Part shown: positions 16,805 through 26,593 of the stretch, in pieces
Layout: each line of letters opens with the position of its first letter
Numbering within the stretch: position 1 is the first letter of the stretch
Source: a virus
Lineage: Duplodnaviria > Caudoviricetes
DNA: 31,726 bases
Reading direction: 5' to 3' (one strand)
Virus record (IMG/VR): IMGVR_UViG_3300024232_000055
Location: 1-31,726 of that record
Made by a program: the position numbers and the translations under genes
The notes under the pieces: model-generated
The model's database searches: none
What the model saw: only the letters and a program-made list of their open reading frames with translations
Told to the model about the DNA's origin: nothing

Positions 16805-17380
16805 ATGCAACAGTGCATCACCCTGCCGTATATGCGGACCTCGCCGGTCCAGCTACCGCGGCGCGACCTCGTGCTGTCAGCCTCCGATAGCCTCGCTCTC
16901 ACCGTCACCGTCGTGGAGCGTGATCACCCATCCGCGCAACTGCTCATCCTCAGCACCGCCGCCGGCGGCCCGTCGATGCAGCTCGTGCTGTGGGAGGACC
17001 TCGACCAGCCGAACCTCTGGTGCGACTACCGCCGGCCCGGATCGCGCTACGGCACCGTACTGCACTCGTCACCCGGCGTTGCCAGCGCTGCACCCGGCAG
17101 TTGGGATTTCGCCTTGCCAACCGGCACCTTCTACGGCTTCCCGCCGCGCTGCGGCTGGTCGGTCCTGCTGCTGTGGGACGAGGGCGCCAAGACCGAGGTG
17201 CTGGCGCAGGGTATCATGCATCTGCTGCGGCCCTATGTGACCGGCCTGCCGTTGAGCGCATTGCCGCCGGTCGAGCCGCCGATCATCCCGCCGGACGGCG
17301 TGCATCTCGTGGGCCTGTTGACGGACGACGACCGGCCGATCTGGACATCCGATACCGACGAGCGATTGGAGACAAGCTGA
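16805..17380 (+). CDS. hypothetical tail-module protein (191 aa)
   Basis: Tightly packed ORF; beta-rich; TGATG coupling downstream. Confidence 0.7.
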   Translation: MQQCITLPYMRTSPVQLPRRDLVLSASDSLALTVTVVERDHPSAQLLILSTAAGGPSMQLVLWEDLDQPNLWCDYRRPGSRYGTVLHSSPGVASAAPGSWDFALPTGTFYGFPPRCGWSVLLLWDEGAKTEVLAQGIMHLLRPYVTGLPLSALPPVEPPIIPPDGVHLVGLLTDDDRPIWTSDTDERLETS

Positions 17381-18573
17381 TGAGCGGCACTGAAATACGC
17401 GTCGCCGACCTGGTGGATCTGGGCACTGTCGCCGACAGCATGTCCGTCGTCGGCGATACCGGCACAACCACCGGGCGCATCACCGCACCGGCCCTGAAGA
17501 GCTACTGCGCCACCACCACGCTGCCCGAAGCACCTTACACCAACTCGCCCTATGGTCGGCAGAATGGCGCGTGGACCCTGGTGCTGCCCGAGGCGCCACA
17601 GAACAGCGTGGCGTATGGCCGGTGGAACGCGACATGGACGCCGGTGCTGCCTGAGGCGCCACTGACTGGCTCGACCTATGGCAGGGCAGGCGGGACGTGG
17701 ACACCCGTGCTGCCGATCTCCGGTGGGTCGATTTCCGGCACCCTCAGTGTGAGCGGCAACATCGGCACCGGTTCCAATGTCTATGCCAATGCATTTCAGC
17801 TAGCCTCGTCAAACGGCTACGAGTGGCAGTTCTTTATCCAAAGCGGCACCGGCAACCACATCCAGCAGCACCGTCCCGGCTGGTACGATCAATGGGAAAG
17901 CTCCGGCGGTGCGCGGCAATGGTTTACGCCGTCCGGCGCCGCGATGTCGCTCGATGCCAGCGGTGATTTGGGCCTGACTGGTACACTGGGCGTCACGGGC
18001 GCAGCGACGGCCGGGCAATTCTGGATCAACGGCACATCCAACACGTTCGGTTTCACGCCCGGCGGCAACGGCCGCATCTTCCAGTTCAGCCCGGCGTTCT
18101 ATTTCGACTTCAACACCGCAAACGCTGCGTGCTCATGGACGGTCAGCAACGGCGCGCTCTGGGTCATGCGCGCATCGGACGATTTCTGTTACAACGCCCA
18201 GGCGCCCGTGGGCGGCGTCGGTGCCTATGTCAATTCGTCGGATCGTCGCGGCAAGGAGAACATCGCGCCATCCAGCAAGGGCCTTGCCGAAGTGCTGCAG
18301 TTGCAGCCGGTGAGCTTCACCCGCGACAATCCGATGACCGGAGCCGCTGAGGAGATCGGCTTTATCGCCCAGGACGTGCAGCCGGTTGTGCCCGAGGCGG
18401 TGTGGCAGGCCGGTATTCCGCTGCGGGACGGCTCCGGCGGGCTGGACTCTGCCGACCCGACGCTCGGCCTGACCAGCGAAACCATCACCGCGATCAGCGT
18501 CAACGCGATCAAGGAACTCAACGCATTGATTGCCGCGCTCACCGACCGCGTGGCGGCGCTCGAGGCGCCCTGA
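17380..18573 (+). CDS. tail fibre/spike with C-terminal intramolecular chaperone (Peptidase S74)
   Basis: SDRRGKENI...LQPVSF...IGFIAQDV..V.PEAV plus a terminal coiled coil; three foldon-like repeats at 17521-17709. Confidence 0.88.
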   Translation: MSGTEIRVADLVDLGTVADSMSVVGDTGTTTGRITAPALKSYCATTTLPEAPYTNSPYGRQNGAWTLVLPEAPQNSVAYGRWNATWTPVLPEAPLTGSTYGRAGGTWTPVLPISGGSISGTLSVSGNIGTGSNVYANAFQLASSNGYEWQFFIQSGTGNHIQQHRPGWYDQWESSGGARQWFTPSGAAMSLDASGDLGLTGTLGVTGAATAGQFWINGTSNTFGFTPGGNGRIFQFSPAFYFDFNTANAACSWTVSNGALWVMRASDDFCYNAQAPVGGVGAYVNSSDRRGKENIAPSSKGLAEVLQLQPVSFTRDNPMTGAAEEIGFIAQDVQPVVPEAVWQAGIPLRDGSGGLDSADPTLGLTSETITAISVNAIKELNALIAALTDRVAALEAP

Positions 18574-20051
18574 TGTCCGACGCCCCGGCCAAGCCCGGCA
18601 TGCGGCGGATACCGTTTCCGCTGGAAAGCTACGCACACCCCTCGCTGCCGCTCAGTGCGAAACGCTTGCTCAACTTGATGGCAGAGAAGCAGCCGGAGGA
18701 TGCGCGCACGGCGGCGGCGCTGGTCTCGACGCCGGTGCTGGTTTCGTGGACCGGCGGCGTTAGCTCGGTCGGCAGCGGCCCTATCCGGGCGATGAATGAC
18801 GACGGTCCCGGCCGTATCTACATCGTGTCCGGCTCGCATTTCTATCGGCTGAGTTTTCCGCTTGGCGGCGGTGTCACCGTCGAGGATCTCGGCGACATCG
18901 GCATCGCTGACAGCGGCACCGGCTCGTGGAATACGTTCATCACCATTGCAGCGTCTCCGATCAACGCCGTCGTCTGCGTGCCGCCCAAAGCCTACGCCTG
19001 CGGCCACAATGTCGGCGATCCGCTCACCGAGATCGTTGACCCGGACTTTCCGGGCGCCACCTCGGTCGCTTACGTCGATGGCTACTTCGCCTTCTCGGCG
19101 CCGGGCAACACCGCGCAGTGGTTCATCTCGCGGCTCAACGCTCCCGCGGACTTCGATGCGCTGGACTTCGCCTATAGCGATGCGACGCCCAACGTGGTGC
19201 GGCGCGTCATCAATCATCGCGGCGAACTGTGGACCATCGGCGAGGGCGGGTTTCAAATCTGGTACAATGCCGGCAAGTCAGGCCTGACCGGCGAAGGGGC
19301 GATGTCGTTCTTTCCGTTCCGCCACAAGACGGGCGGCGTGGTGCCGATTGGCTCGTCGTCGCCGATGTCGGTATGTCGTGCCGACAACTCGGTGTGGTGG
19401 CTTGGCACTGACGGGCTGGTGTATCGCAGCAACGGCTACAATCCGGTGCGGGTCAGCACGCACGCCATCGAGTCGATCATCGGCACCAGCACGGTCGGCC
19501 TGTATGCGCTGACGCATCCGTATCGCGGCCACTGGTTCTACTGCCTGACCACGGCGGGCAACCGCACGCTGGTGTTCGATGCCGGCACCGGCACATGGCA
19601 CGAGCGCAGCACCAGCACGGACGGTACCGGGCCGTGGCAGGCGGCCAGCGCGGCGGTGGATAACAACAGCATCCACCTGCTCGGCGACCGCACGACGGGT
19701 GCTATCTACACGCTCGACATGGCGTCAACGGATGCCGGCGTCACAACAATCCGCCAGGCCACGCTGCCGCCGCTCTGGGCCGGCACCTATCGGGCGTTCT
19801 GTGCGCGGCTAGAAGTTGAGATGGAAACTGGCGGTGCGGCACCCGGCTCGGTGCTGCTCGACTGGTCGGACGACGGCGCGCACACCTGGACGCCGACGCG
19901 CAGCATGTCGTCCGGGGCGTCTGGTGAATATCGGCGGCGCGTCTATACGACCAGGCTCGGCTCGTTCAGGCAGCGGACGTTTCGACTTACGTCTCACGGG
20001 CTGACTCGGCTGTTCGCGGTCGATGCAGAAGTGGTGGGCGGCAGTGCCTGA
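18573..20051 (+). CDS. tail hub / DNA stabilization protein (P22 gp10-like)
   Basis: YVDGYF, DALDFA..DATP, VSTHAIE, WHERS and LDWSDDGAHTW...GEY..RV...RLG motifs; 492 aa from ATG 18573. Confidence 0.88.
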   Translation: MSDAPAKPGMRRIPFPLESYAHPSLPLSAKRLLNLMAEKQPEDARTAAALVSTPVLVSWTGGVSSVGSGPIRAMNDDGPGRIYIVSGSHFYRLSFPLGGGVTVEDLGDIGIADSGTGSWNTFITIAASPINAVVCVPPKAYACGHNVGDPLTEIVDPDFPGATSVAYVDGYFAFSAPGNTAQWFISRLNAPADFDALDFAYSDATPNVVRRVINHRGELWTIGEGGFQIWYNAGKSGLTGEGAMSFFPFRHKTGGVVPIGSSSPMSVCRADNSVWWLGTDGLVYRSNGYNPVRVSTHAIESIIGTSTVGLYALTHPYRGHWFYCLTTAGNRTLVFDAGTGTWHERSTSTDGTGPWQAASAAVDNNSIHLLGDRTTGAIYTLDMASTDAGVTTIRQATLPPLWAGTYRAFCARLEVEMETGGAAPGSVLLDWSDDGAHTWTPTRSMSSGASGEYRRRVYTTRLGSFRQRTFRLTSHGLTRLFAVDAEVVGGSA

Positions 20052-20574
20052 TCCGCCGCTCAAGCGCCTGGACCCGCCGTTCTTCGAGCCGCCGATTGTC
20101 GATGTCGCGACCGGCCAGCAGCACTCGCATGCCTGGACCGATTACCACCAGCAGATCGCCGACCACATCAACACGATTGTCGCAGGTGCCGGCATTACAG
20201 ACGGCTCCGATGCGCCCGCTGGCAATGTTGGCGAGGTGCTGACGGCGAGCGGCAGCGGCGTGGCGTTGTCGAGCGGTGGCGTGGCGACGGTGGCCACGCT
20301 GACACTAACGCCGGGCGACTGGGACGTGACCGGCGGCGTGGTGTTCAACATCAGCGGGGCTGCGTCATCGCACTATGCGGCGGGCATCGACGGCGTGTTC
20401 GGCACGGAGATCATCGCGACGATCCCGAGTGGCAGCGGCGTGTGGCGGCTGCAGGCCGGCACGGTGCGGCGGAATGTGACGGCGAGCACGGCGGTCGTGC
20501 TGTCGGCGGCGGTCTTCTTCTCGTCTGGCGCGGTGTCGGCTGACGGGACGCTGCGAGCGAGGCGGATGCGCTAG
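20044..20574 (+). CDS. tail needle-position protein (gp26-position)
   Basis: Overlaps the end of the gp10-like gene; GITDGSDAPAG.VGE, LTPGDWDV and terminal ARRMR motifs. Confidence 0.7.
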   Translation: MPDPPLKRLDPPFFEPPIVDVATGQQHSHAWTDYHQQIADHINTIVAGAGITDGSDAPAGNVGEVLTASGSGVALSSGGVATVATLTLTPGDWDVTGGVVFNISGAASSHYAAGIDGVFGTEIIATIPSGSGVWRLQAGTVRRNVTASTAVVLSAAVFFSSGAVSADGTLRARRMR

Positions 20575-21126
20575 ATGAGGCACTTTGTCAGGATCGCTGC
20601 GGGTATCGAGACGCTGCCGTTGGCACTCGATCTCTATCGCCAGCCGGAGTTGTGGAACCAGCACACTGCGCGAACTGGCGGCGTGGGCGCGTTCGTAGGC
20701 ACGGACGACATCTGGGTGCGGTTCCGTGACCCGGCGGAACTGGTGTCACGCGAAAGCTTTGCCGAGCCGCATGTGCCGGTGTTTTATCCAGCCTGGCATG
20801 CACTGCCGCATCTCAGGCCCATCGTGTTCGGTCTGATGGCTCGCGTCGAGGCAGTGCATCTCGGTGGGATACTCCTGACTCGCGTGCCGCCCGGTCAGCA
20901 GGTTGCGCCGCATGACGACAAAGGCCGGTGGCATTCCGAGTTCTTCCAGACCAAAGCTTACATCCCGTTGGCCACGAATGCGCTGTGCGTCAACACCTGC
21001 GGCGATGAGCGGGTGATCATGAACGTCGGTGATGCCTGGTTGTTCGACAATCTCGAAACTCACTCAACTGTCAATGACGGCGAGACGGATCGTGTCACGC
21101 TTATCGTGAGCATGCGGGTCGAATGA
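20575..21126 (+). CDS. 2OG-Fe(II) dioxygenase, aspartyl/asparaginyl beta-hydroxylase-like
   Basis: PGQQVAPHDD (HxD) and GDAWLFDNLETHSTVNDGETDRVTLIV (distal His and 2OG-binding Arg). Confidence 0.85.
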   Translation: MRHFVRIAAGIETLPLALDLYRQPELWNQHTARTGGVGAFVGTDDIWVRFRDPAELVSRESFAEPHVPVFYPAWHALPHLRPIVFGLMARVEAVHLGGILLTRVPPGQQVAPHDDKGRWHSEFFQTKAYIPLATNALCVNTCGDERVIMNVGDAWLFDNLETHSTVNDGETDRVTLIVSMRVE

Positions 21127-21467
21127 ACCGCGCGGAGCACCAGCCGGAGCAGGTGGAACTGGCGCTCTATGCCGGGGTGTTCGTCAAGCTCTGGAGCGTG
21201 CGCGAAGCCGGGACGCTGTTGCCGCAGCACGCACACCAGCACCCGCACCTGACGCTCGTGATGCGCGGCGCGGTGCGGGCATGGCGCGGCGAGGAGATGC
21301 TGGGCGATTATCGCGCTCCCGCAGTGATACGGATACCCGCTGACACGCTGCACAACTTCCTGACGCTGACGCCGGACGTGGCGCTGGCGTGCATCCATAA
21401 CGCTGATCACATCGAGGGCGCGGAGCCTGCGGTATCGCAGCAAGCCGGCCTGGAACTGGAGGACTGA
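21123..21467 (+). CDS. cupin-domain protein
   Basis: GTLLPQHAHQHPH...G.V and IPADTLHNF cupin motifs; ATGA coupling. Confidence 0.8.
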   Translation: MNRAEHQPEQVELALYAGVFVKLWSVREAGTLLPQHAHQHPHLTLVMRGAVRAWRGEEMLGDYRAPAVIRIPADTLHNFLTLTPDVALACIHNADHIEGAEPAVSQQAGLELED

Positions 21468-21470
21468 GCA

Positions 21471-22139
21471 GTGCCCTTCGCAGTCGCAGGCGCGGCTATT
21501 GGAGCCGCAGGCGCAATCGGTGCTGGCGTTATGCAGTCACAAACTGCAGCAGCCGGGCAGAAGCAGGCGCAGCAGCAATTCCAGCAGCAGCGCGCGGATA
21601 TGTTGCCGTATCGCGAGGCCGGGCTGCCGGCGCTCGATGCCACGCAGTCGCTGCTTGGTCTGCAAGGCCCGGACGCGGCAGCGGCGGCAATGGCGCAGTT
21701 CCAGACGTCGCCCGGCTATCAGTTCCAGCTCGACCAGGGCCTGCGCGCGGTGGATGCCGGGGCGGCGGCCAACTCGATGCTGCGATCCGGCGCGACGATG
21801 AAAGCCGAGCAGGCGTTCGGCAGCGGCTTGGCTGCGACTGAGTTTACAAATTACTACAACCGGTTGTTTGCGCTATCGCAGTTGGGTGAGACCGCGGCGG
21901 CCGGTGGTGCTGCCACGGCGGGACAGGCGGCGAGCACGGCGCTCCAGGGTGCCAACGCGCAGAGCAGCATCTACGGCAACACGGCCGCCGGGCTGGGCAA
22001 CACCGTCAACAGCCTGCTGAGTAACAAGGATTTCCGGAACTGGATCACGGGGCCGCCGCAATCGACATTCCCGAACAACGCGACCATCGGCAGCCCTTAC
22101 TCGCCGTCTTACACCGGCATTCCCAGCCCCTACGGATGA
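21471..22139 (+). CDS. DNA ejection protein (P22 gp7-like)
   Basis: G/A-rich hydrophobic N-terminus; PYREAG, SPGYQFQLDQG and LRSGATMKA motifs. Confidence 0.82.
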   Translation: MPFAVAGAAIGAAGAIGAGVMQSQTAAAGQKQAQQQFQQQRADMLPYREAGLPALDATQSLLGLQGPDAAAAAMAQFQTSPGYQFQLDQGLRAVDAGAAANSMLRSGATMKAEQAFGSGLAATEFTNYYNRLFALSQLGETAAAGGAATAGQAASTALQGANAQSSIYGNTAAGLGNTVNSLLSNKDFRNWITGPPQSTFPNNATIGSPYSPSYTGIPSPYG

Positions 22140-22147
22140 GATAAGCG

Positions 22148-24226
22148 ATGAGCGGCACACAAGTCAGCTCCTGGGGCGACCCGAATATTCTTTACAAGGC
22201 GCTGTCCGGCCAGGGAGCGCGGGAACAGCAGGCGCTGGAAGACACGCACGTCAACGCGCTGCTCAATCAGCAGACGACGCAGGCCAACCTCAACACGCTC
22301 GACCTGGAGATGATCGCGCGGGCCTCGGCATATCTCAACACGCTGCCGGAGGATCAGCGGGCAACGGCGTATCCCGGCATTGTGTCGCAGTTGCAGCAGA
22401 GCGGCTTTGCGAAGAACGCGCCGAGCATCTATCCGGGCCACGAGCGGATTGCGCAGCTCGCCAGCATGGGCACGCCGTCGAAGGAGCTGATGACGATTGC
22501 CGAGAACCGGCGCTTTGCGCAGTCGCAGCAGCCGACTGGCAGCACAGGGACCGGCACGGGCGCAGCGCCAGGTGCGGCGGCGCCAGCAGCGGACAGCTAT
22601 GAAACGGCAATCGGCGGTCACGAGGGGACCGGCAGGAACCCGCGCAGCACCGCCTATGGCACCGGGCAGTTCCTCGAAAGCACTTGGCTGAACTTTGCCG
22701 CGGCGAACCCGGAAATGTTCCCGAACATGAGCCAGCAGCAGATCCTGGCCGCGCGCAGCAATCCCGCGCTGGGCAACGCCGCGATCAACTGGCTGGCACA
22801 GCGTAACGCCGCTGACTTACAGGCTGCCGGCGTCACACCATCCGGGCAGTCGCTCGGCATCTCGCACTACCTGGGATCGGGTGCTGCGGCCAAGATCATG
22901 CAGGCGGCGGACACCGAGCCAGTGCGCAACTTTGTCTCCGAGGCGGCGGTGCGGGCTAATCCGGAACTGGCCAACATGACGGTCGGCCAGATGAAGCAGC
23001 GCTATGCCGGCACGCCCAACCCGAGCTTTATGGCAGCCACCACGACGACAACGCCAGCCGGCGATGGCCGCTATACCGTGGCCTCCACCGTGCCCGTCCC
23101 GCCGCCCACAGGCGGCACTGGCGGCGTTGTGGCTGGCACTGGCGCTCCGGCTGTCCCCGCGGCGCCAGCGGCCACCACAGCGGCTGTACCGGGCGCTACG
23201 CCGGCACCAGCACCAGCCGCGCCCGCAGCAGCGGTGCCGGGACTGCTGCAGCTTGGCGCTGATGGGCTGACCGATCAGCAAAGGCGCCAGAATGCGGCGC
23301 TGTTTGCCACTGGCCGAGTGTCGCCGGCCGATCAGGTGGAGTTGCAGCAGAAGCAGGCGCAGCAGAACTTCACGCACAACAACACGGTGGAGACAGCAGC
23401 GCGGGCAGCGCGGGGCGAGGCGCGACAGGAAGACACTGCCGCACGGACGGCGGCCAATGAGGCAGAGCGGATACGGCTGGCGCGTGAGGATGCGCGTCGG
23501 GCAGATGCGAAGGCAGCCAGAGAAGAGGCCGATGCCGCACAGAAAGCTAAGCTGGCAGGATTGCCGTATCAGGGCAGCGCGATTGAAGCGCAGGACGCCA
23601 ATATCCTACTCGGCGGCGATGACGGATCTGCCCGCTACGCAGGCGCCTATGCCAGAGCGGCTGCGCCGCGCGTGAACGCTGACGGCAGTTCCGTCACCCC
23701 CAACATGGTGGCGTACGACAAGCCGACCTGGCGAGGTGGCAAGGGGCAGGTCAGCGAAGATGGCGCACCGGATTATTCGACGCCGAAGACCACGCCGCCG
23801 ACAATCATGAACACGGAGCAGTCCAGGATTGGCGCATTCGCGGACAGTCTCATTCGATCCAACCCAGTGATAAATGAGACCGAGGATGCAGCGGTCACCT
23901 GGGCGCAACGGGCACGGACCAAGGCCGGAGATTTTGTTGGGTTCAACATCAATTCGCCTGAAGCGCAGAAATTCAGAGCGGCGAAAGAAAGGTTTCTGAA
24001 CGGCGTATTGCGCCCAGAGAGCGGCGCGGCTGTCCATGATGACGAATGGGTGCGGGCCGAGAGGATCTACTTCCCGATGCCGGGGGACGACGCTTCGACG
24101 ATAGAACTGAAGCGCAAATTCCGTGAGGCCAAGATAGCGGAAACCGTGAAGCAAGCCGGTCCCGCCTACAAACCGCCGCCCGCTGCGACCTCCATACGCC
24201 CTCCCATCACCAGCTTTGATAAGTAG
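22148..24226 (+). CDS. DNA ejection protein with lytic transglycosylase-like domain
   Basis: HEG...NPRSTAYGTGQFLESTW...SHYLG.G lysozyme-like motifs; C-terminal LRPESGAA...YFP.PGD...K motif. Confidence 0.8.
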   Translation: MSGTQVSSWGDPNILYKALSGQGAREQQALEDTHVNALLNQQTTQANLNTLDLEMIARASAYLNTLPEDQRATAYPGIVSQLQQSGFAKNAPSIYPGHERIAQLASMGTPSKELMTIAENRRFAQSQQPTGSTGTGTGAAPGAAAPAADSYETAIGGHEGTGRNPRSTAYGTGQFLESTWLNFAAANPEMFPNMSQQQILAARSNPALGNAAINWLAQRNAADLQAAGVTPSGQSLGISHYLGSGAAAKIMQAADTEPVRNFVSEAAVRANPELANMTVGQMKQRYAGTPNPSFMAATTTTTPAGDGRYTVASTVPVPPPTGGTGGVVAGTGAPAVPAAPAATTAAVPGATPAPAPAAPAAAVPGLLQLGADGLTDQQRRQNAALFATGRVSPADQVELQQKQAQQNFTHNNTVETAARAARGEARQEDTAARTAANEAERIRLAREDARRADAKAAREEADAAQKAKLAGLPYQGSAIEAQDANILLGGDDGSARYAGAYARAAAPRVNADGSSVTPNMVAYDKPTWRGGKGQVSEDGAPDYSTPKTTPPTIMNTEQSRIGAFADSLIRSNPVINETEDAAVTWAQRARTKAGDFVGFNINSPEAQKFRAAKERFLNGVLRPESGAAVHDDEWVRAERIYFPMPGDDASTIELKRKFREAKIAETVKQAGPAYKPPPAATSIRPPITSFDK

Positions 24227-24232
24227 CGGCAC

Positions 24233-26383
24233 ATGGCATTCGATGTAGAGGGCGCCAGACAGGCGGGGTACTCCGATGCGGAGATTGCCCAGCATCTGAA
24301 GTCGAAGGGCTTGGCGCCGGCTGAGATCACCAGCACGCTGGCACCTGCTGCCGCACCCGCTGCGCCGCAACGGTCAGCATCCGAAGCCGCCGAAGCGCCA
24401 CTGCCAGGTCGCAGCGCGCCAGCATCGTCGCCACCACCAGCCTATGTCGATCCGGAAGGGTTGGGGCGGCCCGAGATTAATCCGCTCGACACACCGCCGC
24501 CGGGTGTCGTCTCGCGCGTGGGCCAGGCATTTACCGAGGGCTGGCAGGGGGCACCTGACACCGGACCAGTGCGGGACGCAGTAACCCGCAACCTTGGCAT
24601 TTCTGCTCCGCTGATCAATCCGTTGATTGCCGCCGCGGGCGGCGCGCTCGGTGGCGCGAGTGGCGCGTATCGTGGGATGCAACAGGCTGGCGTGGAAATG
24701 ATCAGTCCGCTGCTGGGACCACAAGCGGCGCGGGATATCGTGTCCATCCCCGATGCATTCGTGGGGTCGCCACACATGACCAGCGTGCCTGGCAGGCCGC
24801 CCATTCCAGGGACCGAGATGCGCGTGCCCGTGACCGGGCAGCGTGTGCCAATCATGCATGCGGCACCTGAGGCGCCGCCAGCACCCAGTCCGCGGTTTGT
24901 CGGTGAGTATTACGGCGAGAGTACGCCGGGATCGCCGCCGGTCATCCGGCTGGAGCAGGTCACCCAAGCTGTTCGTGATGCACCGGGCGGTGCGCCGGAG
25001 AAGTGGCGTCCTGTGGCGCCTGGCGAAGAGCCACAGCCGGGGCGGCAATACCGGATGAACCAGACGACGGGGCAGCGCGAGGTCAACGAGGGTGGCTCTG
25101 GCGCTGTCCAGCGTGGCGTGCCGGAGCCTGAAGCCGGAGCGCCGCAGCCTGCTGGCGCGCAGGTGACGCCAGCGACAGAAGCCGGCCTGACGCCAGAGCA
25201 GGCCGCCGAGTATGGCAGCGTTGCCGACAAGCAGTGGCTATACAAGAGCTTCAGGCCAGGCGAACCAATCACCGAGGAGTTTGTTCGCGGCATCACGCCA
25301 ACGATGGCCCAGCGTGAGCAGACAGTAGCCCGTGCGCGAGAGACCAAAGACCTGCGCAATCTCAGTCCAGAAGCGGCACAGGCAGAACGTGAACTGCTCG
25401 ATGAGCACAACACCAAACGCAAGGCCGAATTTCAGGAGATAGCCGGATCTGACGTGACGCAAGGCAATGATATCCGCGCCGCAAATGAGGCGATAGACAA
25501 GGAACTTGAGGCAGCACACAGCCATGGCGGCCGTGTCGATTCGCAACCCACCATTCAAGCCATTACCGCAGAACGCAACGCACCATCAGGCAAACTACCG
25601 CCGGTCGAGACTGCATTGGATGTGGTTGAGAAGGCACTGAATAAGCGTGACGGCACAGGACTTGAGACTGACCCCAGACAAGTCCACGGCGCGCGGCGTG
25701 TCATCACCTACCTGCTGTCGAAGCGCGGACAGGCAGAGCATCCGGCCTATGGAGACCCTGACGTTCAGGCTGCTCTGATCCGGGTCAGGGACGTTATCGA
25801 CGGAACGATAGAGCCGGCGTCGCCAGGGTTTAAGCAGGCGCTCACGAATTTCAGTGAAGCGCAGCGCAAGATCGAAGCTCGTGAGATCATGCAGGAGGCT
25901 GAGAAGACCCTCTATGACGACCAGGGGCGCATGCAGTTCCGGCCGTTCCACGCCTTTATGAGGAAGGCCGTCAATGCGCGCGATCCGGAGGCGCCGCTCA
26001 GCCCCTATAAGTCGCTCAACGAGGAGCAGTGGAACCGGCTGAAGGGTCTGCATGACAACCTGATGCAGGTGGCCAGCGCCGAGGACCTGGCCAAGGCGTT
26101 CGGCTCGGATACGGCGCAGAATGCGGCTGGGTTTATGCGGCGGGCGTTGCGAGGCGCGGCCAGCACGATTGCCGGCAGCGTGGTGGGAACCGGAGTGACG
26201 GCGGTGACTGGGCCGGTAACCGGGACCATTGCAGGAGGCACCACTGCGGCTGGCGTGCAACGGTTGTTCACGCGTCGTGAGCAGGCGAGAGCGGTGCAGG
26301 ATATGAACAAGATGCTGCGGCCTGACCCTGCGCTCTATCCGACGCGGCCCAATCCGTTCATGGGGCCAGGGCCAGGGCCATAA
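24233..26383 (+). CDS. large DNA ejection protein (gp16-position)
   Basis: FDVEGARQAGYSDAEIA N-terminus, helical body and GSDTAQN followed by G/A-rich hydrophobic segments; 716 aa. Confidence 0.75.
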   Translation: MAFDVEGARQAGYSDAEIAQHLKSKGLAPAEITSTLAPAAAPAAPQRSASEAAEAPLPGRSAPASSPPPAYVDPEGLGRPEINPLDTPPPGVVSRVGQAFTEGWQGAPDTGPVRDAVTRNLGISAPLINPLIAAAGGALGGASGAYRGMQQAGVEMISPLLGPQAARDIVSIPDAFVGSPHMTSVPGRPPIPGTEMRVPVTGQRVPIMHAAPEAPPAPSPRFVGEYYGESTPGSPPVIRLEQVTQAVRDAPGGAPEKWRPVAPGEEPQPGRQYRMNQTTGQREVNEGGSGAVQRGVPEPEAGAPQPAGAQVTPATEAGLTPEQAAEYGSVADKQWLYKSFRPGEPITEEFVRGITPTMAQREQTVARARETKDLRNLSPEAAQAERELLDEHNTKRKAEFQEIAGSDVTQGNDIRAANEAIDKELEAAHSHGGRVDSQPTIQAITAERNAPSGKLPPVETALDVVEKALNKRDGTGLETDPRQVHGARRVITYLLSKRGQAEHPAYGDPDVQAALIRVRDVIDGTIEPASPGFKQALTNFSEAQRKIEAREIMQEAEKTLYDDQGRMQFRPFHAFMRKAVNARDPEAPLSPYKSLNEEQWNRLKGLHDNLMQVASAEDLAKAFGSDTAQNAAGFMRRALRGAASTIAGSVVGTGVTAVTGPVTGTIAGGTTAAGVQRLFTRREQARAVQDMNKMLRPDPALYPTRPNPFMGPGPGP

Positions 26384-26546
26384 TCACCGCGAACGGTAGC
26401 GCGCCCCAGGCGCAGGCGATGCAGCACTCGGTGATGGTTTGCCGCGGTGATGGCCGTTGCTGCTTCGGTATCTCATGGACGATGCGCCCACAGAAGAACC
26501 GCATCTCCAGCGCCGCAGCCAGCCGCAGCCTGTCCTGATCGTTCAT
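26358..26546 (-). CDS. hypothetical protein with C-terminal hydrophobic helix
   Basis: AGGA upstream; last gene of the minus-strand cluster. Confidence 0.5.
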   Translation of the reverse strand: MNDQDRLRLAAALEMRFFCGRIVHEIPKQQRPSPRQTITECCIACAWGALPFAVIMALALAP

Positions 26547-26593
26547 GGCGTATCCTAAAGCGGAGGTAACGCCGGCCGGAGCCGGCGCCTCCT

